Shown here: piece after piece, positions 40,305 to 51,794 of the stretch | How positions within the stretch are numbered: position 1 is the first letter of the stretch | How the letters are laid out: each line of letters opens with the position of its first letter | NCBI GenBank assembly: GCA_965262715.1 | Contig: OZ253553.1 | Span: 2,048,001-2,112,000, forward strand | DNA length: 64,000 nt | Source of the DNA: Bdellovibrionales bacterium | GTDB taxonomy: Bacteria; Bdellovibrionota; Bdellovibrionia; Bdellovibrionales; JAUICD01 | Direction of reading: 5' to 3' | Notes under the pieces: generated by a model | The model's database searches: none | The model's input: only the letters and a program-made list of their open reading frames with translations | Told to the model about the DNA's origin: nothing | Program-made: the position numbers and the translations under genes

Positions 40305-41537
40305 ATGATTATGCAGAAAACTTTAAATCCTCAAGATCAATTTAAAGAACTCAGTAAAGGCGTGGTTCAAATAGAATCTTCAAATGAGCTTCTCAAAAAA
40401 CTACAAAAAAGTTGTCAAGAAAATAAACCTTTAAAAGTTAAAGCTGGCTTTGATCCAACTCGTCCTGATTTACATTTAGGTCATGTTGTTTTATTAAACA
40501 AAATGAAGCAATTTCAAGACCTAGGACACGAAGTGATTTTTCTCATCGGAGATTTCACAGCTCTCATTGGAGACCCTACAGGTAAAAATGAAACACGGCC
40601 ACCACTCACAGAAGAAATTATTCAAAAAAATGCGCAAACTTACGCTCAGCAAGTTTTTAAAGTATTAGATAAAGACAAAACACATATTTGTTATAACACA
40701 AAATGGATGAACTCTTTTTCAACAACTGACTTTATCCATTTAATGGGACAATACACTTTAGCGCGTATGATGGAAAGAGATGATTTTAAAAATAGATTTC
40801 GTAAAGGACACTCCATCTCTCTTCATGAACTTCTCTATCCTTTGATTCAAGGCTATGACTCTGTAGCTCTAAAAAGTGATGTTGAACTTGGAGGTACAGA
40901 TCAAATTTTCAATATATTAGTTGGTAGAGATTTGCAAAGATCCTATCAACAATCACCTCAATGTGTCATGACACTGCCGATTTTAGAAGGCTTAGACGGC
41001 GTTCAAAAAATGTCTAAAAGTTATGATAACTTTATTGCCTTAGATGCTAATGCACAAGATATGTTTGGAAAAATTATGAGACTCTCAGATGAATTAATGG
41101 TTAGATATTATGAACTGCTCACAGATATAAGTGTAGATGAACTAACAGAATTAAAAAATAAGACAGGTCAATATGCTCAAGAAAATCCTAAAGACACAAA
41201 GATAAGATTAGCTAAAATGCTAACAACACAATTTTACTCTCAACAGGAGGCAGATCAAGCGCATCAAGAATTTATAAAAGTTTTTTCTAAAGGTGGACAG
41301 CCAGATGAAATACAAGAATTTTTTATAAAACAAGATCCTATTTGGATTTGTCAATTGCTTCTTGAAACTCAGCTTGTTAGTTCTACAAGTCAAGCTAGAA
41401 GACTCATTCGCAGCAATGCTGTTAAAAAAGATGGAGCGGCCATTACAGATGAAAATATAAAAATTTCTTTAGAGCAAGGTGATAGCTTTATCTTAAAGGT
41501 AGGCAAAAGACGATTTGCTAAAATTATCAAAAAGTAA
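40305..41537 (+). CDS. tyrS: Tyrosine--tRNA ligase
   Basis: GFDPT.PDLHLGH, ELGGTDQ and KMSKS motifs plus a C-terminal S4 domain. Confidence 0.98.
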   Translation: MIMQKTLNPQDQFKELSKGVVQIESSNELLKKLQKSCQENKPLKVKAGFDPTRPDLHLGHVVLLNKMKQFQDLGHEVIFLIGDFTALIGDPTGKNETRPPLTEEIIQKNAQTYAQQVFKVLDKDKTHICYNTKWMNSFSTTDFIHLMGQYTLARMMERDDFKNRFRKGHSISLHELLYPLIQGYDSVALKSDVELGGTDQIFNILVGRDLQRSYQQSPQCVMTLPILEGLDGVQKMSKSYDNFIALDANAQDMFGKIMRLSDELMVRYYELLTDISVDELTELKNKTGQYAQENPKDTKIRLAKMLTTQFYSQQEADQAHQEFIKVFSKGGQPDEIQEFFIKQDPIWICQLLLETQLVSSTSQARRLIRSNAVKKDGAAITDENIKISLEQGDSFILKVGKRRFAKIIKK

Positions 41538-41595
41538 ATCCTTATTTATAATTCATTACCAATGAATTTATATATAAATATCAAGTTGAATTAGC

Positions 41596-41844
41596 TTATG
41601 CTCCTTTTGAAACCAGTTTTCCATCAAGAGCAACAGTATCAGCATGAATACAATATCCATTAGGCCATTCTAAGGAACCCGATTCAAGAAAGACCTCCTT
41701 AAAAAATTTCAGGTCTTTAAGAGGATCAATGACTTCTCCTGATCTATCTAACAAAAAGTGCATGTCATAATGATAAGTTCTACCATTTGCCATTTCACAA
41801 TTGATAAAATAGTCTCCAACTTGAATACCTACAATATAATTCAT
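41596..41844 (-). CDS. DUF2442-family protein (putative antitoxin)
   Basis: PLKD..FF..V.L..G.LEWPNG..I..D motif; coupled to the upstream DUF4160 gene. Confidence 0.8.
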   Translation of the reverse strand: MNYIVGIQVGDYFINCEMANGRTYHYDMHFLLDRSGEVIDPLKDLKFFKEVFLESGSLEWPNGYCIHADTVALDGKLVSKGA

Positions 41845-42105
41845 TGATCTGCTCCTTTAATTCTTCTAAATACTTTTCCTTTTTTTCATTCTATCCCAAT
41901 TTTCTAAAAGTTCTTCTTTTCTCTGTAACGTCTATTCGGAAGCAATCTTATCAGCTTTCAGAGGAAAATGTCCTTTCATCTTTTGACCTGTTTTTATATC
42001 AAAAATTGCGCGATGTCCTTAATAATTAGCATGAAAATGTGGTGGATTATGCTCATTATAGTACATTTTTATAATTATTCCAAAAAAGCTTGAAATAAAA
42101 GCCAT
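41841..42105 (-). pseudogene. DUF4160-family gene with two nonsense codons and a +1 frameshift
   Basis: MAFISSFFGIIIKMYYNEHNPPHFHANY*GHRAIFDI...ASE*TLQRKEELLENW; an A7 run breaks the frame before the ATGA overlap. Confidence 0.85.
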
Positions 42106-42232
42106 GTTCTATTTCCCTCATTGCTTTTACTAATATATTTTAGCAAATGAATACATCTACCTTGCTATTATTGTCTATAACACAAAATCTAAAAAATCAA
42201 CTTTCGTAAATATATAAAGATAATTTATAATT

Positions 42233-42330
42233 TGTCCGGAAAACTGGCAGCCTACGTAATCTGGTAACCAGTTCCCGGGAACGGTTGACTGATACAGATT
42301 GTCTGACTGCCCGATTGCCAGATTCCCAAA
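42233..42330. repeat. Family D octamer array
   Basis: CTGGCAGC/CTGGTAAC units on the left and TGCCCGAT/TGCCAGAT units on the right. Confidence 0.65.
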
Positions 42331-42374
42331 AAATAGTCAACTTTGTAAAGGTCTTGTTGTATAAAGTCTAAGAT

Positions 42375-42532
42375 GAGATTTGTGACAGGCTTCTGAAGTA
42401 GGACTAGGCTAGCGGCTCAGGAGACAGGATTATATAAAATACTTTATTCTATAATAATAAAATCGTAAAATGAAAGCAGTGAAAGGCACGGGGGTTGCCT
42501 AAGGCCTACGGAAGAAGCCTGTCACAAATCTC
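42375..42532 (+). repeat. Family C palindromic element downstream of lon
   Basis: Perfect 20-bp TIR GAGATTTGTGACAGGCTTCT / AGAAGCCTGTCACAAATCTC. Confidence 0.9.
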
Positions 42533-42593
42533 TAGCACATAAACTAAAATTAATGTTTGTGCAGCAAAGCCACTTTTTATTTAAACCAGTATA

Positions 42594-45095
42594 TTACTGT
42601 AGAACATGTCCTGTATACTGCGCCTTAAGACCTTTTACCGAAGTGGACGAGCTAGATTTAAAAAGCGTGCTAGCTTTTTTAATAGTAAGCGCATTGACTA
42701 GGACCTGATCAACATGATCAACAAGTACAATCTTAATATCCTTCATCACTTCCTTAGGAATATCTTTTAAGTCCTTCTCATTTTCCTTAGGACAGATCAC
42801 TGTTGTGATCTCACCTCTATGAGCTGCTAATATCTTTTCTTTTAATCCACCAATAGGTAAAACTCGCCCTCTTAAGGTAACCTCTCCTGTCATAGCAACT
42901 ATTTTTTTAACAGGAATTTTAGCAATAGCAGAAACAATACTAGTTACAATAGCAATCCCTGCAGAAGGACCATCCTTAGGAATAGCCCCTTCTGGAACAT
43001 GAACATGTACATCTACATCTTGATAAAACTCTTTTTCAAAACCAAACAAGGAACTGCGAGACCTCACATAACTCATAGCCGCGCTACAAGACTCTTTCAT
43101 CACATCTCCTAATTGACCAGTAATAATAAACTTTCCTTTACCTGGTATAACACTCACTTCAATAACTAAAAGATCTCCACCTGCCTCTGTCCAAGCCATT
43201 CCATTTGTTAATCCAATTTCATTTTGCTGCTCTGCTCTGGTATGTTTGTATTTTTGAGAGCCTAAAAACTCCTTAAGCTTTTTAGGTGTCACTATGTAAG
43301 ATTTGATTTTGTCTTTCTTACCTTCTTGCTCCTGCTTTGCCTTTTCTGATTGAACAGTAAGCTTTTCTTGATCTGCTAAAAATTCTCTAGCAAGTTTTCT
43401 ACATACTTTACTGATCTGGCGTTCTAAACTCCTAACTCCAGCTTCCCTCGTATAATCACGTATCATCAATTTCAAAGTTGAATCAGTGATATTTACTTTA
43501 AGATCCTTTAAGCCATGAGCAGACATCTGCTTTGGTATTAGGTATTTTTTAGCAATATGAAATTTTTCATTTTCTGTATAACCTTCTAAAAAAATCACTT
43601 CCATTCTATCAAGTAATGGTCGAGGAATAGTGTGAAGAGAGTTAGCTGTTGTAATAAACATAATTTTAGATAAGTCATACTCAATTTCTAAATAATGATC
43701 TTGAAATGTACCATTCTGCTCAGGATCTAAAACTTCTAATAATGCTGATGAAGGATCTCCACGAAAATCCATACTCATCTTATCTATCTCGTCTAGTAAA
43801 AAAAGAGGGTTGCTTGTACCAGCCCTTTTTAAAGATTGAATAATCTTACCTGGCATAGCTCCAACGTAAGTTCTGCGGTGCCCTCGAATTTCTGCTTCAT
43901 CTCTTACTCCACCTAAAGAAATTCTGACAAACTCTCTACCTAAAGCCTTTGAAATAGAATGACCTAAGCTTGTCTTTCCAACACCTGGAGGGCCCACAAA
44001 ACAAAGTATAGGACCCTTTGCTTCTCCCCTAAGTGTCTGTACAGCTAGATGCTCCACAATACGCTCTTTGACTGATTCTAATCCATAATGATCTTCTTCT
44101 AAGACTTTCTCAGCATTTTTGAGGTTATTTTTAGGTTTGGAATATTCACTCCAGGGAAGTGATAATATCCAATCCACATAATGCCTCATAACAGCAGCTT
44201 CTGCGCTGGTAGGAGACATCATTCTTAGTTTACGAAGTTCTTTTTTTGTCTTATCAGTAGCTTCTTTACTCATTTTTTTCTGATTTAAAAGGTTCTCTAG
44301 CTCTAAAACCTCATCCTGAAAGTCGTCCTTTTCCCCAAGCTCTTTTTGAATAGCTTGCATCTGTTCATTAAGATAATACTCTTTTTGAGATCTCTCCATT
44401 TGTTTGCGAACACGAGTGCGAATCTTCTTTTCTATCTCTAAAATCTCTATCTCACCAACAACCATGTTGAGAAGCTTCTCAAGACGTTTACCAGCATCAA
44501 AAATCTCTAATATCTTCTGCTTATCTTCAATTTTAAGATTTAGCTGGGCTGCAGTGATATCTGCAAGCTCACCGGGGTCATCTATAGTTGAAATTCTCAT
44601 AAGAATTTCTGGAGGAATAGATTTATTAAGCTTAACATAAGTTTCAAAAGCTGACTTAACTGATCGCATCAAAGCTTTCGTCTCTATAGGCTTATCAGAT
44701 TCATCCTCCATTAAATCAATATGTACCATAAAGTGCTTATCAGTTTTAATAAACTTTATAATTTTGGTTCTAGCTTTGCCCTCTATTAAAACCTTAACAG
44801 TGCCATCAGGAAGACGTAAAAGCTGAATAATGGAACCCCTTGTGCCAACTGTATAAATATCATTAGCATCAGGTTTATTTATTTTTGCATCCTTTTGAGC
44901 CGCAAGAATAATATCTGTCCTCTCATTCATAGCCATTTCAAGCGCATGAATACTCTTTTCTCTTCCTACAAAAAGTGGTATCATCATATGTGGGAAAACA
45001 ACCAAATCACGTAATGGTAGGAGAGGGAATGCTGTTGAACCTTCATCCTCTTGAGTATGAAGTTGATGAGTGTCACTTTCTGGTTTGTCTGTCAT
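42594..45095 (-). CDS. lon: ATP-dependent protease La
   Basis: [20 protein letters not shown] and PKDGPSAG motifs. Confidence 0.98.
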   Translation of the reverse strand: MTDKPESDTHQLHTQEDEGSTAFPLLPLRDLVVFPHMMIPLFVGREKSIHALEMAMNERTDIILAAQKDAKINKPDANDIYTVGTRGSIIQLLRLPDGTVKVLIEGKARTKIIKFIKTDKHFMVHIDLMEDESDKPIETKALMRSVKSAFETYVKLNKSIPPEILMRISTIDDPGELADITAAQLNLKIEDKQKILEIFDAGKRLEKLLNMVVGEIEILEIEKKIRTRVRKQMERSQKEYYLNEQMQAIQKELGEKDDFQDEVLELENLLNQKKMSKEATDKTKKELRKLRMMSPTSAEAAVMRHYVDWILSLPWSEYSKPKNNLKNAEKVLEEDHYGLESVKERIVEHLAVQTLRGEAKGPILCFVGPPGVGKTSLGHSISKALGREFVRISLGGVRDEAEIRGHRRTYVGAMPGKIIQSLKRAGTSNPLFLLDEIDKMSMDFRGDPSSALLEVLDPEQNGTFQDHYLEIEYDLSKIMFITTANSLHTIPRPLLDRMEVIFLEGYTENEKFHIAKKYLIPKQMSAHGLKDLKVNITDSTLKLMIRDYTREAGVRSLERQISKVCRKLAREFLADQEKLTVQSEKAKQEQEGKKDKIKSYIVTPKKLKEFLGSQKYKHTRAEQQNEIGLTNGMAWTEAGGDLLVIEVSVIPGKGKFIITGQLGDVMKESCSAAMSYVRSRSSLFGFEKEFYQDVDVHVHVPEGAIPKDGPSAGIAIVTSIVSAIAKIPVKKIVAMTGEVTLRGRVLPIGGLKEKILAAHRGEITTVICPKENEKDLKDIPKEVMKDIKIVLVDHVDQVLVNALTIKKASTLFKSSSSTSVKGLKAQYTGHVLQ

Positions 45096-45178
45096 ATATC
45101 CACCTGTTTTTTATATAATATAATAATATATGATCATTTATTTCTACTTCATTTTTTATTTTTAATTTGTAGCGTGAA

Positions 45179-46465
45179 CTAAGCCGACTCCTCTTTTATT
45201 TTAACTTTTTTTATTCCTTCATCTTTTTCGTCTTTTACAATTATTTTAGGCTTTTTGCGTAACGTGATCACATCTTTACTAATTATAACCTCTTTTATAT
45301 TCGTCTTGGAAGGCATTTCATACATAATATCTAACATGGCTTCTTCCATAACACTTCTAAGCCCTCTTGCTTCCACCTTACGTCTTGTTGCTTCTTGAGC
45401 AATTGCTTTTAAAGCCCCCTCTGTAAAATGCAAAATAACATCTTCAAAACTAAAGAGCTTTTTAAATTGTTTTGTAAGAGCATTCTTAGGTTTAACCAAA
45501 ATATCTATAAGAGCCTCTTCATCTAGAGATGCCAATGTAGCTATGACTGGCAAACGACCTATAAACTCTGGAATAAGGCCAAATTTAGTTAGATCATCAG
45601 GTTGAACTTTTGAAAAGAATTTTTCCATATTTTTCTTAGCTTCTTCTTTATCTTGCACATCTGCTGCCAAACCCATAGTTTTATTTGTTGTTCGTGCTTC
45701 AATGATTTTCTCTAGACCAACAAAGGCTCCACCACAAATAAAAAGAATGTTTGTTGTATCCACTTGAATAAAATCTTGTTGAGGGTGTTTTCTACCACCT
45801 TTAGGAGGAAGATTAGCAACTGTACCTTCTAATATTTTCAAAAGTGCTTGCTGAACACCTTCTCCACTCACATCTCTTGTAATAGAAGGGTTTTCAGATT
45901 TTCTAGTGATTTTATCTATTTCATCGATATAAATCACTCCATGTTGAGCTCTATCCACATTGTAGTCTGCAGCTTGTAGAAGGTTAAGGACAATGTTTTC
46001 CACATCTTCTCCTACATACCCAGCCTCTGTAAGGGTAGTTGCATCTGCCATAGCAAAAGGAACTTTAAGAAATCTAGCAATAGTTTGAGCCAGTAGTGTT
46101 TTTCCAGATCCTGTAGGGCCAATTAACAAAATATTACTCTTAGAAAGCTCTGTTGTATCATTCTTTCTGGTATTTTTTAAAGAAGTAATGCGTTTATAGT
46201 GATTATGTACAGCCACAGAAAGAGTTTTTTTTGCTCTTTCTTGACCAATGACATAATCATCTAAAAAACCTCTAATTTCCCTAGGTTTTGGAATATTTAG
46301 AAATTCAGAAGTGATATCTATTTTTTCTTTTTCCTCTGCAATAATCTCATTGCAAAGCTCAATACACTCGTCACAAATGTAAACTCCAGCACCTGCAATT
46401 AACTTCTTCACCTCTTTTTGTGTCTTTTCACAAAAACTACAAGTCAGCTTATAATTATTTGTCAT
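45179..46465 (-). CDS. clpX: ATP-dependent Clp protease ATP-binding subunit
   Basis: CSFC zinc finger, GPTGSGKT and [14 protein letters not shown] motifs. Confidence 0.98.
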   Translation of the reverse strand: MTNNYKLTCSFCEKTQKEVKKLIAGAGVYICDECIELCNEIIAEEKEKIDITSEFLNIPKPREIRGFLDDYVIGQERAKKTLSVAVHNHYKRITSLKNTRKNDTTELSKSNILLIGPTGSGKTLLAQTIARFLKVPFAMADATTLTEAGYVGEDVENIVLNLLQAADYNVDRAQHGVIYIDEIDKITRKSENPSITRDVSGEGVQQALLKILEGTVANLPPKGGRKHPQQDFIQVDTTNILFICGGAFVGLEKIIEARTTNKTMGLAADVQDKEEAKKNMEKFFSKVQPDDLTKFGLIPEFIGRLPVIATLASLDEEALIDILVKPKNALTKQFKKLFSFEDVILHFTEGALKAIAQEATRRKVEARGLRSVMEEAMLDIMYEMPSKTNIKEVIISKDVITLRKKPKIIVKDEKDEGIKKVKIKEESA

Positions 46466-47081
46466 GATTTCCTTCCTCTTTCTTTTTTCTACTACGGTTT
46501 TTAATCACTGAATCAATCAAACCAAAGTTCTTGGCCTGCTCTGGAGATAAAAAGAAATCTCTATCCATACACTTTTCTAACTCATGAAACTCTTTACCTG
46601 TATGTTTAACATAGATTTGAGTTAACGCACTTTTTGTATCAATAAGATCTTTTGCATGAATCTCTACATCACTAGCTTGCCCAGAAAGACCAGAACCTCC
46701 AACTAAAGGTTGGTGCATCATAATTTTAGAATGAGGTAGAGCATAACGCTTACCTTTTGTTCCTGCAGAAAGAAGTAATGACCCCATACTTGCTGAAAGA
46801 CCAATACAATAAGTGGCAATATCACACTTTACAAATTGCATAATATCATAAATACCTAGACCAGCAGATACACTCCCGCCAGGAGAATTGATATAAAGCT
46901 GTATATCTTTTTCAGGACTTTCCATCTCTAAAAAAAGCATCTGAGCAATCACCAAATTGGCTATCTCATCCACAATAGGAGTCCCAATGAAAATGATGCG
47001 ATCTTTTAAAAGTCTTGAGTAAATATCATAACTGCGCTCACCTTTAGAGGTTTGCTCTATTACAAAAGGAACAAGTGTCAA
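46455..47081 (-). CDS. clpP: ATP-dependent Clp protease proteolytic subunit
   Basis: [27 protein letters not shown] and MHQP motifs. Confidence 0.98.
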   Translation of the reverse strand: MTLVPFVIEQTSKGERSYDIYSRLLKDRIIFIGTPIVDEIANLVIAQMLFLEMESPEKDIQLYINSPGGSVSAGLGIYDIMQFVKCDIATYCIGLSASMGSLLLSAGTKGKRYALPHSKIMMHQPLVGGSGLSGQASDVEIHAKDLIDTKSALTQIYVKHTGKEFHELEKCMDRDFFLSPEQAKNFGLIDSVIKNRSRKKKEEGNHDK

Positions 47082-47545
47082 AATAAATCTCCTTTAATCC
47101 ATTAAGTGCCACTTTTAAGTTAATGCAGCTGGCCCGTCATTATATTTATCTTTACTCATTTGCTATTCGTATTCTCAGCTTCTATATACTGTTAACATTA
47201 TTATTATAATTGTAAAAATTATTTTTTACATACTTCTTTTATTTTTTATTGCACACCTGCTAAATTTTCTATTACATTTAAATAGTTCGTTAAAAAGAAT
47301 CTAAAGAAATTGACCTTTCATATCTTATCGGTTTTTGTCTAAGAGTTTATAATCTTTGTTCAATATTACTTATACACTATCTTCTCATAATTTCACACAC
47401 ATGAATACAATGTACCACTTAGAAACATCTAACTTCTTTAAATATAAGAGTACTTATCCTTATTTGACCTATAATGAAATGAATTAAAAAATATTTAACA
47501 CTTAAAAAAAACAAAAAGCATATAATCTATAAATACTTATAACTA

Positions 47546-49036
47546 TCAAGACCCATCAGAAGCAGTGTCCAATCCTCGTCTTCTAAGTTCACTTTGAATA
47601 ATATCAGCGTATTGACCGCCCTTTGGATCATCAAATAACTGTCTTGCTAGGCCAATAACCCGAACTCCAGCTGTTTCGAACGTGTCATCAAAGTGTAAAA
47701 TAGGTAAATGCTCTGTAAAAAGTCTTAAAATATCACTTTCCTCAGTATTTTCATGTTTATAAATTTCCCACCAAATACTGTTATAAAGTACACCCGCCAT
47801 ATGTATTTCGCCTGGACCTTTATGACTGGTACAGTTACTAAAAACCTGCTGTGCATTTGCATTTTTTGTTGCTGAATCAGCAGCACTTCTAGATAGCCCA
47901 CCACCAGGAAAACAACCTGATATCCCTGATGTACTATTTTGAAACATCTCCCCCATCTCAGTGCTACTTGGAAATAAAATAGCTGCATGAAAATCAGCCT
48001 GACCTTCATCGATAGCAAAAAAACAGCCTTTCTCATTAGAACAACACCTTGAAGCTTCCAATATTTCTTCTTCAGATAAGTCACATAGAGACTTTCTGCT
48101 CTCGCAAGATACATGAGTTTGACACCCTGATTCTAAGCCTTCTCTAAGACCACCAATAGAATGAAATATATTGGCATGTCCCGCCTCATGGATAATGATT
48201 TCAGCACTAAGCCCGATTCCAATAGGAGGATCACAAGAAGGTGGATTTGACGTGAGATCACAAATAAGACCTAGCGCAATTTTATTTTCTAATGGACTAA
48301 AATAGGCCTCAAAAGGATTAGAAGAAAAGGCAGTTACTTTAACACCTTTCTCTGAAGCATAAAAGTTCGATGTATTTTCCTTCATCCAATCATGCTGATA
48401 CATAAGCCAATAATAACTCATCACCTGTTCTACAGAATAATCTCCATCACTATACGGTGTTGTCCATTTGCCATTAGAAAGTTTAACTCTTTGAATAGCA
48501 TCAGATATTGAATTAAGATATGGTGAACTGATTATAAGAGGACCTATATCTATATTTACAATAGAGTGGATCATTGTATCTATAACACCAATATCTCCAG
48601 TATTTCCTATATCTATATCAAAATGACTATTTTTAAGCAGTTCATCTTCAGTACCTGTAATTTGAACAGCAAAGGTCTGCACAGCAGTCAACTGTGAGAG
48701 AGCATCGCCATTACGGTTTATAATGTTACCACTTTGAGCTATAGGATTTTTTTTATAAATACAAGCATTGTAATTGGGGTTTTCATTACAATCCTCTATG
48801 ATTTGTCCACCAGGAATATTACCTACATTATCTACTCCTCCTCCTGGATTAGAGTTAACAGTTTGTGGAGTGTACCGACAACTCAAGCACATTAAGGAAA
48901 GAAAAATAAACATTAACTTAAAAAGCATTTTTTGAATACTTAAAAAACGTAACAAATAACTTATTTGCTTATTACAAAATAAGGCTTGTTTTATTGATTT
49001 TCGTTTTTTTCTTAACAACATGGGCCTTCTGTTCAC
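47546..49036 (-). CDS. Secreted lipoprotein zinc metallopeptidase (M4/M36-like gluzincin)
   Basis: Lipobox-like CLSC, IIIHEAGH, downstream DEGQADF and GEIH..G; true start probably near MLFKLMF. Confidence 0.7.
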   Translation of the reverse strand: MNRRPMLLRKKRKSIKQALFCNKQISYLLRFLSIQKMLFKLMFIFLSLMCLSCRYTPQTVNSNPGGGVDNVGNIPGGQIIEDCNENPNYNACIYKKNPIAQSGNIINRNGDALSQLTAVQTFAVQITGTEDELLKNSHFDIDIGNTGDIGVIDTMIHSIVNIDIGPLIISSPYLNSISDAIQRVKLSNGKWTTPYSDGDYSVEQVMSYYWLMYQHDWMKENTSNFYASEKGVKVTAFSSNPFEAYFSPLENKIALGLICDLTSNPPSCDPPIGIGLSAEIIIHEAGHANIFHSIGGLREGLESGCQTHVSCESRKSLCDLSEEEILEASRCCSNEKGCFFAIDEGQADFHAAILFPSSTEMGEMFQNSTSGISGCFPGGGLSRSAADSATKNANAQQVFSNCTSHKGPGEIHMAGVLYNSIWWEIYKHENTEESDILRLFTEHLPILHFDDTFETAGVRVIGLARQLFDDPKGGQYADIIQSELRRRGLDTASDGS

Positions 49037-49191
49037 GACTAATGTTACTTTCTAGCCAAAAAAATCAAAGATGCTTAGGGACAAAGATGAATATAGAAAA
49101 TTTAAAAAAAATAAAGTTAATACAAACACTTCTTTTACTTTTTCGGTAAAAAAACCGAAGTTATTAAATGTTTTTTCACTCAAAATGGGCT

Positions 49192-49932
49192 ATTTCACTA
49201 AAACGCATCTCGCCTCTGGCGACTTTCTGGCAGTAAGCCTGAAGGCTCACGCCTTCAGCAAGTAGCTTACTGCCTAGAAAGCCTGATGCATTTTAGTAAA
49301 GAGAACATCCTCATTATCTCACATAATGTTAGGGAAATCGTTGTTGTTTATGAAGGCTTACGCCTTCAGTAAAAAGCTGACTACCTCAAAAATCCGTTTA
49401 TTTTTAGGAAGGAGATACTGCTTGTTTTTTACATCATGTTAAGGGAAATATTTTTATTTCTTTTTTTCTTCCAAGTCCTGGCGGGTTTAATAAAGGAGAA
49501 AATTTTTATGACAATGCCAAAATGCATGAAGCAACTGATGTGAAGGAAAGTTTCCTCTTATCTTCTCCTCTCCCTATAAATCATAGCTTCAAAGATTTTT
49601 TCATTGTTTTGCTGTACCACTAAAAATAAACTGGCCTCTGTTTCACTAAAAATGAACCAGCCTCTCGAGGCGAGCCTCTGGCTGTTTTTGGCCAATCAGC
49701 ATGAAGGTCTTCCGCCTTCATAAAATGCTGATTGCCTCAAAAACCTGTTCATTTTTAGGGGGGGAGACTCCCCTCTTTATTTAACAAAATGTTAAGGAAA
49801 TCGTTGACTAAGTTTTTCACTCAAAATGCCACTTATCTCCGGCAGGCAGGCAATCAAGGCAGTCCGGAAAACAGTATCTGGCAACAGCTTCCGGGTACGG
49901 TATGCCGGATTGCCAACTTGCTCGTTTCCCAG
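49192..49932 (-). repeat. Family A cluster (49192-49337, partial 49350-49448, partial 49614-49639, 49640-49800), family B-type flank (about 49560-49610) and family D array (49836-49932)
   Basis: Family motifs on the reverse strand. Confidence 0.88.
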
Positions 49933-50035
49933 AAAAATAAAAATCTACTTTTTTAAATGTACATCATGCCTTATTTCAGATAAGTTAAGAAAACTAAAGC
50001 TCCAATAACAAACCAAAAAGGGAAATAAACACATA

Positions 50036-50932
50036 ATGAAAAAACAATTGAAAATAGGGCTTAAGTTTACAAAATCAGGGATTGTTTTTTTCTCCTATAT
50101 TTGCTCTCTTATAGGGTATTTTTTAGGACAACTTCCTGGCCAGTCCTTTTCATTTTCTCACTTTATATTGTTTTCTATAGGGTTTGTTCTTTTGGCGGGG
50201 GGAAGCTGTGCCTTAAACCAAGTGCAAGAATCTGAACTAGATGCAAAAATGCCTCGAACCCGCAAGAGGCCTATTCCATCAGGTCAACTCTCATGGATTT
50301 TAGGATTTCGTATCAGTCTATGGATGCTCACTTTTGGACTTGTCATTTTGTTCACACTAAAACCTCTTATAGCTACTATTGGAGTCTTCACTCTTATTCT
50401 TTATAATGGCTTCTATACCTTGTGGTGGAAACCTTATATGACCTTTGGAGCCGTACTTGGAGCTGTTCCAGGAGCTATGCCTGTATTGATTGGTTATTTT
50501 GCAACAAGGGACCTAGCAGCTCTTGGTATAGAATGCGTTTATCTCTTTTTAATTCTATTTTTATGGCAAATGCCTCATTTTTGGTCATTAGCCATTAAAT
50601 ACACTGAAGATTACAAAAAAGCTGGAATTCCTGTTTTACCTGCCAAGCTTGGCAAACAGCGCACTTTCTATCACATAGGATTATATTTATTCACTTATAT
50701 TGCAGTGGCTATAGGATCACCTTGGTTTGTAGATGCGCATTTTTTTTACATAGTGTTAGTTTTCCCATTCAGCGCAATTTTGATTTATGAATTTTTTCGA
50801 TTTGCTAAAGCATCAACTCATTGGCTGCGGTTTTTTCTATGGGTCAATGCGAGTTTATTTGCTTTTTTAATCGCCCCTGTCATGGATAGATGGCTTGGCA
50901 CCATCATCAGATCTTACGACCTTCAATGGTGA
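50036..50932 (+). CDS. cyoE: Protoheme IX farnesyltransferase (heme O synthase)
   Basis: N...E..LD.KM.RT..RP.PSG, GAVPGA.P.LIG, LWQMPHFW and DY..AGIP motifs. Confidence 0.93.
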   Translation: MKKQLKIGLKFTKSGIVFFSYICSLIGYFLGQLPGQSFSFSHFILFSIGFVLLAGGSCALNQVQESELDAKMPRTRKRPIPSGQLSWILGFRISLWMLTFGLVILFTLKPLIATIGVFTLILYNGFYTLWWKPYMTFGAVLGAVPGAMPVLIGYFATRDLAALGIECVYLFLILFLWQMPHFWSLAIKYTEDYKKAGIPVLPAKLGKQRTFYHIGLYLFTYIAVAIGSPWFVDAHFFYIVLVFPFSAILIYEFFRFAKASTHWLRFFLWVNASLFAFLIAPVMDRWLGTIIRSYDLQW

Positions 50933-51035
50933 TTGTTACTAAAGATGAGTTCTATATAATTTCAAAAATACCAAACTCTGGATCAACACATTCAAGACGT
51001 TCCTCATCTAAACGACGACAATTTAAATCTTCTAC

Positions 51036-51518
51036 TTAAAAGTCACGTCTTCTTTCTCTTTGACCTCTATTTTTAACAATTCTTATGATAGACCTTCCTC
51101 TTCTTTCATATTCTGCACAACGAACGTATGTCCATTCTCTTTTTCTGACTCTACTAAAAATACTTTCAAGATGAGAAAAATGAAGATAATTATGATCCAC
51201 TCTTTGCCCATTTAAGTGAAAAGTTGAAGCATGAGGCACATGATTTTGTGTTATATTGTTATTGGTTAGCACTCTATAATGACTTCTGAGCATACTTTTA
51301 AAGTTTTCTAATTCTGGAGTCATAGATATTTCAAATTGGCCTAATCGAGAGGGTTGATTTGCCTCTTGAGGGTCAATCTGAAAAACATTTGTGACCAATC
51401 CAACAACAGTTTTTTGAAAGACTAGAGAGACTTGATCTAGATTTCTAGAATGGGATACATCCATCTTCAAGATAACAGTTTCAACAAAGACTTCTGTTAC
51501 AATACCTGCACTCATCAA
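51036..51518 (-). CDS. Hypothetical protein
   Basis: 160-aa ORF; possible sigma28-type promoter TCAA-N15-TCCGATAA at 51544-51570. Confidence 0.5.
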   Translation of the reverse strand: MMSAGIVTEVFVETVILKMDVSHSRNLDQVSLVFQKTVVGLVTNVFQIDPQEANQPSRLGQFEISMTPELENFKSMLRSHYRVLTNNNITQNHVPHASTFHLNGQRVDHNYLHFSHLESIFSRVRKREWTYVRCAEYERRGRSIIRIVKNRGQRERRRDF

Positions 51519-51695
51519 AATAAAAAATAATGTCAGTAAAACTTTATCGGAAAAACTTTAGATTTATTGAATGATTCTAATAGTTTTCAAACTTAAACTT
51601 GAAGACCTTTACTTCATTGAACAAAGCAAGTTTGTACAAGATAAAACCTAAGCACTGCTTTAGATATTTCAACTAAAAATCAACTACCCTTCTCC

Positions 51696-51764
51696 TGACT
51701 AATATAAAGTTTGATTTTATATTAGTCATAAGTTATTTTATATAAATGTCGACTAATATAAAGT
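51696..51764. promoter_or_regulatory. Operator-like inverted repeat plus a third half-site upstream of the ATPase gene
   Basis: TGACTAATATAAA-N7-TTTATATTAGTCA (51696-51728) and GACTAATATAAAGT (51751-51764). Confidence 0.65.
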
Positions 51765-51794
51765 AAGCTAACAGGCTAGTTTAAGAGGTCTTTT

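Noticed and set aside
41841..42105. Stop-codon recoding (alternative genetic code) in the DUF4160 gene
   Set aside because: TAA and TAG terminate normal genes throughout the window and the gene also has a frameshift, so it is a pseudogene.
47100..47540. AT-rich gap upstream of clpP (no tig) as an origin or ncRNA; weak sigma28-like box near 47325-47351
   Set aside because: No DnaA-box cluster or convincing fold is visible, and the -35 match is poor.
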